NCBI GenBank assembly: GCA_040757315.1
Contig: JBFLXP010000001.1
Span: 1-27,550 of the forward strand
Reading direction: 5' to 3'
DNA from: Nitrospirota bacterium
GTDB taxonomy: Bacteria; Nitrospirota; Thermodesulfovibrionia; Thermodesulfovibrionales; SM23-35
DNA: 27,550 nt
Made by a program: the position numbers and the translations under genes. Shown in pieces: positions 1 to 7,505 of this stretch (its first letter is position 1; each line of letters starts with the position of its first letter). The notes under the pieces are model-generated. The model saw only the letters and a list, made by a program, of their open reading frames with translations. It was not told the origin of the DNA and did not search any database.

Positions 1-4
1 TCTT

Positions 5-1381
5 TTAGGGAAGGGCATCCTTTTTTGGGGAATCGAGTTTGAACTTCTCCCACCTGTACCAGAAAGTTTTGTAACTCATACCGAGCAACCTGGCAGCCTT
101 GGTAGCCACACCGTTGGCCTTCTCCATCGCTTTCCTTAAGAGGTCTTTTTCATGTTCCTCGAAATTGATCCCCTCGTCGGGCAGTTCGAAGTCGAGGATG
201 TCCCTGCCCTGGAACAGCCTCAGTTCACCCTTGATGTCCTTAAGCGAGACGCGCATGGATTCGGCCATAAGGACCGCTCGCTCAATGACCGACTCGAGCT
301 GACGAATGTTTCCCGGCCAGTGGTACTCCAGGAGGGCCCGCATGGCGTTCTCCTCTATTCCCTTGATCCTCTTGCCGAATTCCTGGTTATATTTCTTGAT
401 GAAGAATTCTACCAGATCCGGGATATCCTCCTTCCGGGCACGAAGAGGCGGTAGTTCGATCGAGACCACCTTCAAACGGTAGTAGAGGTCCTCCCGGAAT
501 GTCCTGTTCACTATCTCTTTTTCCAGATCCTTATTAGTCGCAGATAGTATCCTTACATTCGCCTTTATGCTCTCGCGGCTCCCGATCCGTCTGATTTCTT
601 TGTCCTGGAGGACCCGAAGGATCTTAGATTGTGTAAGAGGCGGAAGATCACCCACCTCGTCCAGGAATATAGTACCGCCGTTAGTTGCCTCAAAAAGACC
701 GACGCTCCTTGAAGAAGCACCTGTAAAGGATCCCGCTTCATATCCGAAGAGTTCGCTTTCTATAAGGTTCTCAGGGATCGCTGCACAGTTCACGGCCGTG
801 AAAGGCCTGGCTTTTCTGGGGCTGTTATAATGGATTGCCCGTGCGATAAGCTCTTTCCCGGTGCCGCTCTCTCCGAGGATCAGAACCGTGACGTTGCTGG
901 ACGAAATCTTTTTCGTGACCTCGACGGCTTCGATCATTTTGGGCGAACGGCCGACGATGCCTTCGATCTTGAAGCGGTCAAAAAGGGCCCTCTGTAACCG
1001 AAGGTTTTCCTTGAGAAGTTCGGCTTTTTCATCTGCCCTTTTTACCGTTATTAGCAGCACATCCTTGTCGAGGGGCTTCGTCAGGTAATCAAAAGCTCCT
1101 TTCTTTATCGCCTCTACCGCAGAGGAGATAGTGCCGTATGCGGTCATCACGATCGCCGGCGGCTCAAAGGGCTCTTTTGGAAGGGATTCGATCAGTTCGA
1201 TCCCGTCCATTCCCTCCATCTTGAGATCGGTCAGAATGATGTCCGGTTTGATTTCTTTCATTATTTTCAGACCTTCCTCTGCAGACGGCACGGCATAGGT
1301 CTCGTATCCTTCGTCATCGAGTATGGTCTTGAGGATATCCCTCTGCAACGGTTCATCATCCACAACAAGAACTACGGCCAC
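5..1381 (-). CDS. Sigma54-dependent response regulator, NtrC/AtoC family (receiver + AAA+ + Fis HTH)
   Basis: Receiver VVDDE...TDLKM, Walker A GESGTGKE, GSFTGA loop, Walker B FLDEV, C-terminal HTH (ATKAARLLGMS). Confidence 0.95.
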   Translation of the reverse strand: MAVVLVVDDEPLQRDILKTILDDEGYETYAVPSAEEGLKIMKEIKPDIILTDLKMEGMDGIELIESLPKEPFEPPAIVMTAYGTISSAVEAIKKGAFDYLTKPLDKDVLLITVKRADEKAELLKENLRLQRALFDRFKIEGIVGRSPKMIEAVEVTKKISSSNVTVLILGESGTGKELIARAIHYNSPRKARPFTAVNCAAIPENLIESELFGYEAGSFTGASSRSVGLFEATNGGTIFLDEVGDLPPLTQSKILRVLQDKEIRRIGSRESIKANVRILSATNKDLEKEIVNRTFREDLYYRLKVVSIELPPLRARKEDIPDLVEFFIKKYNQEFGKRIKGIEENAMRALLEYHWPGNIRQLESVIERAVLMAESMRVSLKDIKGELRLFQGRDILDFELPDEGINFEEHEKDLLRKAMEKANGVATKAARLLGMSYKTFWYRWEKFKLDSPKKDALP

Positions 1382-1442
1382 GGAACCTCCTCAAGAAAAT
1401 CAATTATCCATTCTTGAATCAATCATCAATGAAGAATGATCA

Positions 1443-1583
1443 TCCCAAATCCAGCGATAACAATAGTGACCGCTTGATTGATGCGTCATTGCGAGCACCC
1501 AGAGGGTGCGCGGCAATCTCATCGGAAGAGACGAGATTGCTTCGTCTCACTCGCAATGACATTTCTTGTCGCTGGATTTGGGA
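1443..1583. mobile_element. ~140-bp non-autonomous MITE/REPIN-like element, copy 1
   Basis: Terminal IR TCCCAAATCCAGCGA (1443-1457)/TCGCTGGATTTGGGA (1569-1583); internal GTCATTGCGAG/CTCGCAATGAC and GCAATCTC/GAGATTGC pairs; flanked by TCA/TCA; ~84% identical by manual alignment to 6274-6411. Confidence 0.75.
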
Positions 1584-1588
1584 TCATT

Positions 1589-3031
1589 TTAACCTGTTCC
1601 TTGCTGATCCGACATCGGCAGTATCAGTGTAATCACGCTCCCCTTCCCTTCCGTACTCTGAAAGTCAGCTTTTCCGCCATGTTCCTCCACAACGCGCTTC
1701 GTCATCGCCAGTCCGAGTCCGAGCCCTGTATTTTTCGTCGAGAAAAATGGGTCAAAGAGTTTCGGAAGGATATCCTTCGAAACCCCGACGCCTGTGTCTT
1801 CAAAAACGATCAGGGCCTTGCCGTTCTCGGCCTTTGTAGTAACTGTAAGATCACCCCCCGACGGCATTGCCTGAAAAGCGTTCAATATTACATTAAAGAT
1901 ACATGTCTTGATCAGTTCCGGGTCGAGAGAGAGATTCGGAAGGTATCCGGGACGGGTATGTATGCTGATTCTATCCTTCTCCGCCTTGGCCTGCACAAGC
2001 CCAACAACTTCGCCTATCATCCTGTTCAAATCCGTTTCCTGAAGGCTGAGCCTCAGGGGTTTACCGTAATCCAGGAAGTCTCCCACGAGTTTGTTCAATC
2101 GTTGGATCTCGTGCTTGATGCTTGTGATGAGTGATTCAAAAGCCTCCCTATCGGAATTGTCGGATGGAGCATATTTCTTTCGGAGATGATCGATGGAGAG
2201 ACTGATGAAATTCAGTGGGTTCCTTATTTCATGGGCAATGCTCTTTGCCAATTGCGCAATGCCCGAAAGATGCTCGGTCTCCCGCAATTTTTCTTCCAGG
2301 GCCCTCTCCTCTCTCAGTTTCTCCACCATGAAATTGAAACTCCTCGTCAATTCCCCGATCTCGTCTTTTCGATCAGTCGTGAGGTCGAGTGTCAGATCGC
2401 CCGCCGCAACACTTCTGGCGGCGCTGACAACTTTGTGTATCGGCTTCGTATACATCCAGGAGAGTAACACGGCAAGGACGATGCCAAGTCCGAATACAGC
2501 CGACGTTGCGATGATTCTCTTTATTGCGTTGCTCGTGAGAATCGCGGAGAAGTCTTCAGCATTAATCTTGAGGTGTATGTAGCCGTAATGCTCGTTCCCG
2601 GCAACCACCGGGAGGATGACGTTGTAGACCTTCCCCTCCTGCGACACAGGCTCACCGAGCTCCGCCTTGATGATCCTTTCCTTTCTCTTGGGACCGACCG
2701 CTTCACCCACACTCGTCGGATCCGTGCTCGCGACCACCTCATCTTCGTTGCTGATAATCGATATCTCCCTGATGCCCTTGGCTTTGAGTTCTTTGAGGTA
2801 TGTCCTGAGCCGCATCTCATCGGTAGCTCCCAGGCTGGTGACCTCCTCGACTCCAACCTGTATCGCCTTTGAAAGCTCTGCCGTTTGTTCCTCAAGCTCG
2901 GTGAGGAGCGCTCTTTCCGATTGTGAATAAAGGAATGTAAGGATTGTTATGAGGATGAAACTGAGCAGAAGCATCATGCCGATCAGCTTCTTGTTGAGTG
3001 AAAGGCTCAGAAAATAGTTTTTTGCAGACAT
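1589..3031 (-). CDS. Membrane sensor histidine kinase (2 TM, HAMP, HisKA, HATPase); cognate of the adjacent NtrC-type regulator; start uncertain (3031 chosen, ORF open to 3121)
   Basis: H-box AHEIRNPL, N-box NVILNAFQA, DTGVG, FDPFF, GLGLGL; HAMP segment TKPIHKVVSAARSVAAGDL...DEIGELTRSFNFM. Confidence 0.92.
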   Translation of the reverse strand: MSAKNYFLSLSLNKKLIGMMLLLSFILITILTFLYSQSERALLTELEEQTAELSKAIQVGVEEVTSLGATDEMRLRTYLKELKAKGIREISIISNEDEVVASTDPTSVGEAVGPKRKERIIKAELGEPVSQEGKVYNVILPVVAGNEHYGYIHLKINAEDFSAILTSNAIKRIIATSAVFGLGIVLAVLLSWMYTKPIHKVVSAARSVAAGDLTLDLTTDRKDEIGELTRSFNFMVEKLREERALEEKLRETEHLSGIAQLAKSIAHEIRNPLNFISLSIDHLRKKYAPSDNSDREAFESLITSIKHEIQRLNKLVGDFLDYGKPLRLSLQETDLNRMIGEVVGLVQAKAEKDRISIHTRPGYLPNLSLDPELIKTCIFNVILNAFQAMPSGGDLTVTTKAENGKALIVFEDTGVGVSKDILPKLFDPFFSTKNTGLGLGLAMTKRVVEEHGGKADFQSTEGKGSVITLILPMSDQQGTG

Positions 3032-3132
3032 TGAAAATATTTTATATGGTGCGGCCCTCGATAAGCAATGTAGGGACACCATGGTCACATTCTGGCAGTA
3101 ACCCTCCTGAATCCCGCTCATTGAAGGCGTTA

Positions 3133-3207
3133 CATCCCCTTAATCCCTCTTGATAAGAGGGACTCATTCCCTTTAATCCCCCTTTGATAAGGGGGGACTT
3201 AGGGGGG
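3133..3207. repeat. Two tandem imperfect hairpin repeats (CAT(C/T)CCCTTAATCCC..CTTGATAAG..GGGACT)
   Basis: Units 3133-3164 and 3165-3200, each with a C-rich/G-rich stem around a GAT loop; intergenic between divergent genes. Confidence 0.75.
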
Positions 3208-3229
3208 TTGTTTCTGTTAAACTCTCTCT

Positions 3230-4132
3230 ATGTTTCTGCAGCAATTGGTGAACGGGCTTACCCTTGGCAGCGTATATGCGCTTATTGCTCTCGGATATTC
3301 AATGGTGTACGGCATCCTCGAACTCATAAATTTTGCCCACGGCGAGATCTATATGCTCGGCGCGTACTTCGGCATCATATTCCTCGGCTTTTTTACGTAC
3401 CTCGGACTGACGGCTTACAGTCTCCCCCTCGCTCTCATACTTACCGTTTTTTTATCGATGCTATTCTGTTCTTTTTACGGCTATACCATAGAAAAGATAG
3501 CGTATAAGCCCTTGCGTAATGCACCCAGGTTAAGCCCTTTGATCAGCGCTATCGGCGTCTCCATATTCCTGCAGAACTTCGTCATGCTGACACAGGGAGC
3601 CACGGACAAGGTCTTTCCCCATATCTTCGGCGCGGAGGGTTTTCAGTTCGCTTCGGTCCAGATGACATACCTTCAGCTTTCAATAATCTTGGTGTCTCTC
3701 TTACTGATGCTCGGCCTCAGGTTCTTCGTGAGAAGGACCCGCACCGGAAAAGCTATGAGAGCCGTGGCTCAGGACAAGGTTATGGCCTCCCTGGTCGGCA
3801 TCAATATCGACAGAGTGATTTCCATAACCTTCGTCATCGGTTCGGGTCTTGCCGCCGTTGCGGGGCTTATGGTCGCCATGTATTACGGGCTTGTCAACTA
3901 TTTTATAGGATACATAGCGGGGATCAAAGCTTTTACGGCGGCCGTTCTGGGAGGAATCGGCAGTATCCGGGGCGCCATGTTCGGCGGCATCCTTCTCGGG
4001 CTTGTCGAAAGCCTCGGCGGGAGTTACATTTCTTCGGAATATAAGGACGCTTACGCCTTCATTATTCTTATTTTTGTCCTGCTCTTGAAGCCGGGAGGTC
4101 TTTTCGGCAAAGGGGAGCTGGAGAAGGTTTGA
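3230..4132 (+). CDS. livH: Branched-chain amino acid ABC transporter permease
   Basis: QQLVNGLTLGSVYALIALGYSMVYGILELINFAHGE signature; GKAMRAVAQD; AFTAAVLGGIGS. Confidence 0.95.
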   Translation: MFLQQLVNGLTLGSVYALIALGYSMVYGILELINFAHGEIYMLGAYFGIIFLGFFTYLGLTAYSLPLALILTVFLSMLFCSFYGYTIEKIAYKPLRNAPRLSPLISAIGVSIFLQNFVMLTQGATDKVFPHIFGAEGFQFASVQMTYLQLSIILVSLLLMLGLRFFVRRTRTGKAMRAVAQDKVMASLVGINIDRVISITFVIGSGLAAVAGLMVAMYYGLVNYFIGYIAGIKAFTAAVLGGIGSIRGAMFGGILLGLVESLGGSYISSEYKDAYAFIILIFVLLLKPGGLFGKGELEKV

Positions 4133-4133
4133 C

Positions 4134-5291
4134 GTGATGACCTCCGATTCCTGCAATTCCATCCTTAAAGGGCATCTCGGAAGAATATCCGGAACTCTTC
4201 TCATCGCCCTCTGGCTGTCCCTCCTTTTTCTGCCCTTCAAAGGGCCCGGTGCCACGGCGGTATTCTTTCTCGCCGTTGCCGCCGCTGTATTCCTGTTCAG
4301 ATATATGCTTGATCTCAGGAAATCCCTGGAGGCGAAATTGCCTTCTTTCAATATGGCGGAATTTCTCTCTCGGCGGCGGGCATATGCAGGGGTCCTGTTT
4401 TTGCTCGTTTTACTGGCTCTTCCGCTTTTTGCAGGGGATTATCTTCTCGATGTGGCGATTCTGGCTGGTATTTACATTATACTCGCTCTCGGCCTCAATG
4501 TCGTTGTGGGGTTTGCCGGACTTCTGAACCTCGGGTTTGCCGCCTTTTATGCCATCGGAGCGTATGCCTATGCTCTTCTGAATGTCAAGCTGGGCATTGG
4601 ATTCTGGCCAGCCCTGCCCGTCTCTCTCCTTCTGACAACGCTTGGGGGCTTTCTTCTGGCAATTCCGGCCCTTAGACTGAGGGGCGACTACCTGGCAATC
4701 GTCACACTCGGCTTCGGTGAAATCACACGACTCATCCTCAATAACTGGGACAGCCTCACACGCGGGCCAAACGGCATCTCCGGCATTGCCCGCCCTGAAA
4801 TCCTTTCAACCTCATTTTCCGGCATCTCCTCCTTCTATTACCTTGTCTTCTTCCTTGCCGTGGTTACGGTATTCCTTATTCAGCGCGTTCGTGCATCGAG
4901 GATCGGCAGGGCGTGGATAGCAATACGCGAGGATGAGGTCGCGTCATCCGTCATGGGCATCAACAACACCGCGTACAAACTCTACGCATTTGCGTTCGGA
5001 GCATTCTGGGCCGGTCTTGCAGGCTCCCTGTTCGCGGCCAAAATGCAGTTCGTTTCTCCGGAAAGCTTCACCTTTATGGAATCGGTCCTCATTGTGTGCA
5101 TGGTCATACTCGGCGGGCTTGGGAGCATCGCGGGAGTTGTAGTGGGAGCATTCATTCTGATCGTTCTGCCCGAGATGCTCAGGGAAGCGCAACTCTACCG
5201 GATGCTCGCTCTCGGAGCCGGGCTTGTCATCCTCATGATATTCAGACCTCAGGGTCTGCTCGGAGGCAGGGGTGTATCTCTTAGAAGTTAA
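4134..5291 (+). CDS. livM: Branched-chain amino acid ABC transporter permease
   Basis: GLNVVVGFAGLLNLGFAAFYAIGAY, LRLRGDYLAIVTLGFGE, GRAWIAIREDE motifs. Confidence 0.95.
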   Translation: MMTSDSCNSILKGHLGRISGTLLIALWLSLLFLPFKGPGATAVFFLAVAAAVFLFRYMLDLRKSLEAKLPSFNMAEFLSRRRAYAGVLFLLVLLALPLFAGDYLLDVAILAGIYIILALGLNVVVGFAGLLNLGFAAFYAIGAYAYALLNVKLGIGFWPALPVSLLLTTLGGFLLAIPALRLRGDYLAIVTLGFGEITRLILNNWDSLTRGPNGISGIARPEILSTSFSGISSFYYLVFFLAVVTVFLIQRVRASRIGRAWIAIREDEVASSVMGINNTAYKLYAFAFGAFWAGLAGSLFAAKMQFVSPESFTFMESVLIVCMVILGGLGSIAGVVVGAFILIVLPEMLREAQLYRMLALGAGLVILMIFRPQGLLGGRGVSLRS

Positions 5292-6033
5292 AGACCTGAC
5301 CAAGCATTTCGGAGGCATAAGGGCCATCGAAGAGGTCTCTTTCAGGGTAAGAGACGGCGTCATAATGAGCATCATCGGTCCCAACGGAGCGGGTAAGACG
5401 ACCATTTTCAACTGTCTTACCGGCCTTGCAAAACCCACAAAAGGGACTATTCATTTTGCCTCTGCCGATATTACCGGTCTCGAACCTCATAGAATCGTCA
5501 AACTCGGAGTAGCACGGACATTCCAGAACATTCGCCTGTTCAGGGAGATGACGGTGATCGAGAACGTCATGGTAGCGCAGCACTGCAAAATGCGATCCGG
5601 ACTTATCGGTTCCGTGCTGCGATCAAAAATGTTCCGGTATGAGGAGCGGACGGTGAGGGAAAAGGCTACCGAATATCTCGAATTCGTCGGTCTGGCAGAC
5701 TATCGGGATATGCTATCGGGAAGTCTCCCTTATGGCGCTCAGAGGAGGCTTGAGGTCGCCCGCGCAATGGCTGCCGAACCAGCGATGATATTGCTTGATG
5801 AACCTACGGCGGGCATGAATCCCCAGGAGACCGCCGAGGTTATGCAGTTGATCCGGAACCTGAAAGAACTGGGGAAGACAGTGATGCTGATAGAGCACGA
5901 TATGAAGGTCGTCATGGGCATATCCAACTGGATCGCGGTCATCAATCACGGTGTGAAGATCGCCGAAGGTTTGCCCGGCGACATCAGGAAAGATCCTCTC
6001 GTAATCGAAGCGTATCTCGGGAAAGAACATTGA
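5272..6033 (+). CDS. livG: Branched-chain amino acid ABC transporter ATP-binding protein
   Basis: GPNGAGKTT, ARTFQNIRLF, LPYGAQRRLE, LLDEPTAG, LIEHDM. Confidence 0.95.
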   Translation: MYLLEVKDLTKHFGGIRAIEEVSFRVRDGVIMSIIGPNGAGKTTIFNCLTGLAKPTKGTIHFASADITGLEPHRIVKLGVARTFQNIRLFREMTVIENVMVAQHCKMRSGLIGSVLRSKMFRYEERTVREKATEYLEFVGLADYRDMLSGSLPYGAQRRLEVARAMAAEPAMILLDEPTAGMNPQETAEVMQLIRNLKELGKTVMLIEHDMKVVMGISNWIAVINHGVKIAEGLPGDIRKDPLVIEAYLGKEH

Positions 6034-6085
6034 AAAGATCAGTTTATTAATGATCGATCGTCATTCATGGCGAACTTTGATCGAG

Positions 6086-6200
6086 CAGTTGTCATTATCC
6101 GGCTTGACCGGATAATCCATGGTTCGACAAGCTCACCATGACAACTGTCACCCTGAGCCTGTCGAAGGGTGGATTGCCCGATCAAGTCGGGCAATGACAG
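6086..6200. repeat. Cluster of four GTCA-tagged REP-like palindromes in alternating orientation
   Basis: Units 6091-6119 (fwd), 6120-6142 (rev), 6147-6169 (fwd), 6170-6198 (rev); perfect 9-bp stems in the outer two. Confidence 0.85.
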
Positions 6201-6273
6201 AAATAAAAAAGAACTTCCGTGAGCACAGGGTCTCACGAAGCTGAATTATCAATGATCATTTTAACTCGCTGAT

Positions 6274-6411
6274 TCCCAAATCCAGCGACAACAAAAGTGA
6301 ACGCTTTATTCATCGGTCATTGCGAGCACCTGAAAGGTGCGTGGCAATCTCACAGGAAAAGACGAGATTGCTTCGTTTCACTCGCAATGACCCTTATCGC
6401 CGGATTTGGGT
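6274..6411. mobile_element. ~140-bp non-autonomous MITE/REPIN-like element, copy 2
   Basis: Same orientation and architecture as 1443-1583; left end TCCCAAATCCAGCGA, right end TCGCCGGATTTGGGT; flanked by GAT/GAT. Confidence 0.75.
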
Positions 6412-6434
6412 GATTGTTAATTGCGAATTGACTT

Positions 6435-7133
6435 ATGCTTGAGCTAAGAAACGTGCGCACATTTTACGGTCCGGTCGAGGCTCTGAGAGGGATATCTCTG
6501 GAGATCCGGCGGGGAGAGATTGTATGCCTCATCGGAAATAACGGAGCCGGTAAGTCCACTGCGCTCATGACCATATCGGGTGTATTGAGACCGCACTCGG
6601 GTGACATCCTGTTCGAAGGAAAGAGCATCACGGCCGCTCCTCCCCACCGCATAGTCGAGATGGGTATGAGCCAGGTCCCCGAAGGACGGAGGATATTCCC
6701 CAAGCTCACTGTCCGGGAGAATCTGGAGATGGGGGCTTTCCCAAAAAAAGGGAGCGCGGCCTCCCGATTCGGAATAGTCTATGATCTGTTTCCCGTTTTG
6801 AAAGAGCGGGAGAGACAGATGGGAGGAACTTTGAGCGGGGGAGAACAGCAGATGCTTGCTATCGCCCGGGCGCTCATGGGCGGCCCGAAAATTCTCCTCC
6901 TTGACGAACCGTCTCTGGGACTCGCGCCCATCATTGCGAGCAAGATACTAAGGATCATCAGGGAAATCAACAAGGAAGGGATGACGGTGCTCCTTGTCGA
7001 ACAAAACGCCCGCGCTGCCTTGAAGTTGGCGGACAGGGGATATGTGCTCGAGAATGGAAGAGTCGCTCTTCAGGGCGGGGGTGAAGATCTCCTGAACAAT
7101 GAGGCTGTGCGAAAAGCATACCTCGGAGAGTAG
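6435..7133 (+). CDS. livF: Branched-chain amino acid ABC transporter ATP-binding protein
   Basis: GNNGAGKST, VPEGRRIF, LSGGEQQMLA, LLDEPSLGLAP, LVEQNA. Confidence 0.95.
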   Translation: MLELRNVRTFYGPVEALRGISLEIRRGEIVCLIGNNGAGKSTALMTISGVLRPHSGDILFEGKSITAAPPHRIVEMGMSQVPEGRRIFPKLTVRENLEMGAFPKKGSAASRFGIVYDLFPVLKERERQMGGTLSGGEQQMLAIARALMGGPKILLLDEPSLGLAPIIASKILRIIREINKEGMTVLLVEQNARAALKLADRGYVLENGRVALQGGGEDLLNNEAVRKAYLGE

Positions 7134-7145
7134 CAGAAAACAGTG

Positions 7146-7154
7146 TGGTATAAT
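7146..7154 (+). promoter_or_regulatory. Extended -10 sigma70 promoter upstream of acyP
   Basis: TG-G-TATAAT exact consensus ending 12 bp before the ATG at 7166. Confidence 0.6.
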
Positions 7155-7165
7155 TAGTATTCACC

Positions 7166-7444
7166 ATGGAAAATGCGAGAGCGCATCTGTTTATCGAGGG
7201 AAGGGTACAGGGAGTTTTTTACCGCGCATTCGCCAGAGACGTCGCTCTCGGTTTCGGATTGAACGGATGGGTGAGGAATTTGAGAGACGGAAGGGTTGAG
7301 GCCCTCTTTGAGGGAGATAAAAACCTTATCGAGAAAGCCGTTAGAGCCTGTTATGACGGGCCGCCCGGTTCGCGTGTTTCGCACATAGATGTTTCCTGGG
7401 AGGAATATGTGGGCGATCAGAGAGGCTTCTCTATTAAATATTGA
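7166..7444 (+). CDS. acyP: Acylphosphatase
   Basis: GRVQGVFYR and GWVRNLRDGRVE motifs, 92 aa. Confidence 0.95.
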   Translation: MENARAHLFIEGRVQGVFYRAFARDVALGFGLNGWVRNLRDGRVEALFEGDKNLIEKAVRACYDGPPGSRVSHIDVSWEEYVGDQRGFSIKY

Positions 7445-7505
7445 TGCTACTGACTGCTAAGCACTTCCTGTTGCCAGGGATCTGCTCTTTCTGCTATTTT
7501 CAGAG

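Noticed and set aside
3051-3068. GG-N10-GC spacing upstream of livH as a sigma54 promoter
   Set aside because: Poor match to TGGCACG-N4-TTGC; spacing alone is common by chance
6039-6236. 65-aa minus-strand ORF in the livG-livF gap; likewise 1414..1632
   Set aside because: Translations of palindromic repeats
6214-6240. Hairpin CGTGAG/CTCACG preceded by an A-run
   Set aside because: Would be a minus-strand terminator but no minus-strand gene reads into it; too short to interpret
6091-6411. CRISPR array
   Set aside because: Repeats are inverted, heterogeneous and lack regular unique spacers; no cas genes
7444-7464. Weak 7-bp periodicity (TGATGCT ACTGACT GCTAAGC) after acyP
   Set aside because: Too short and degenerate to distinguish from chance
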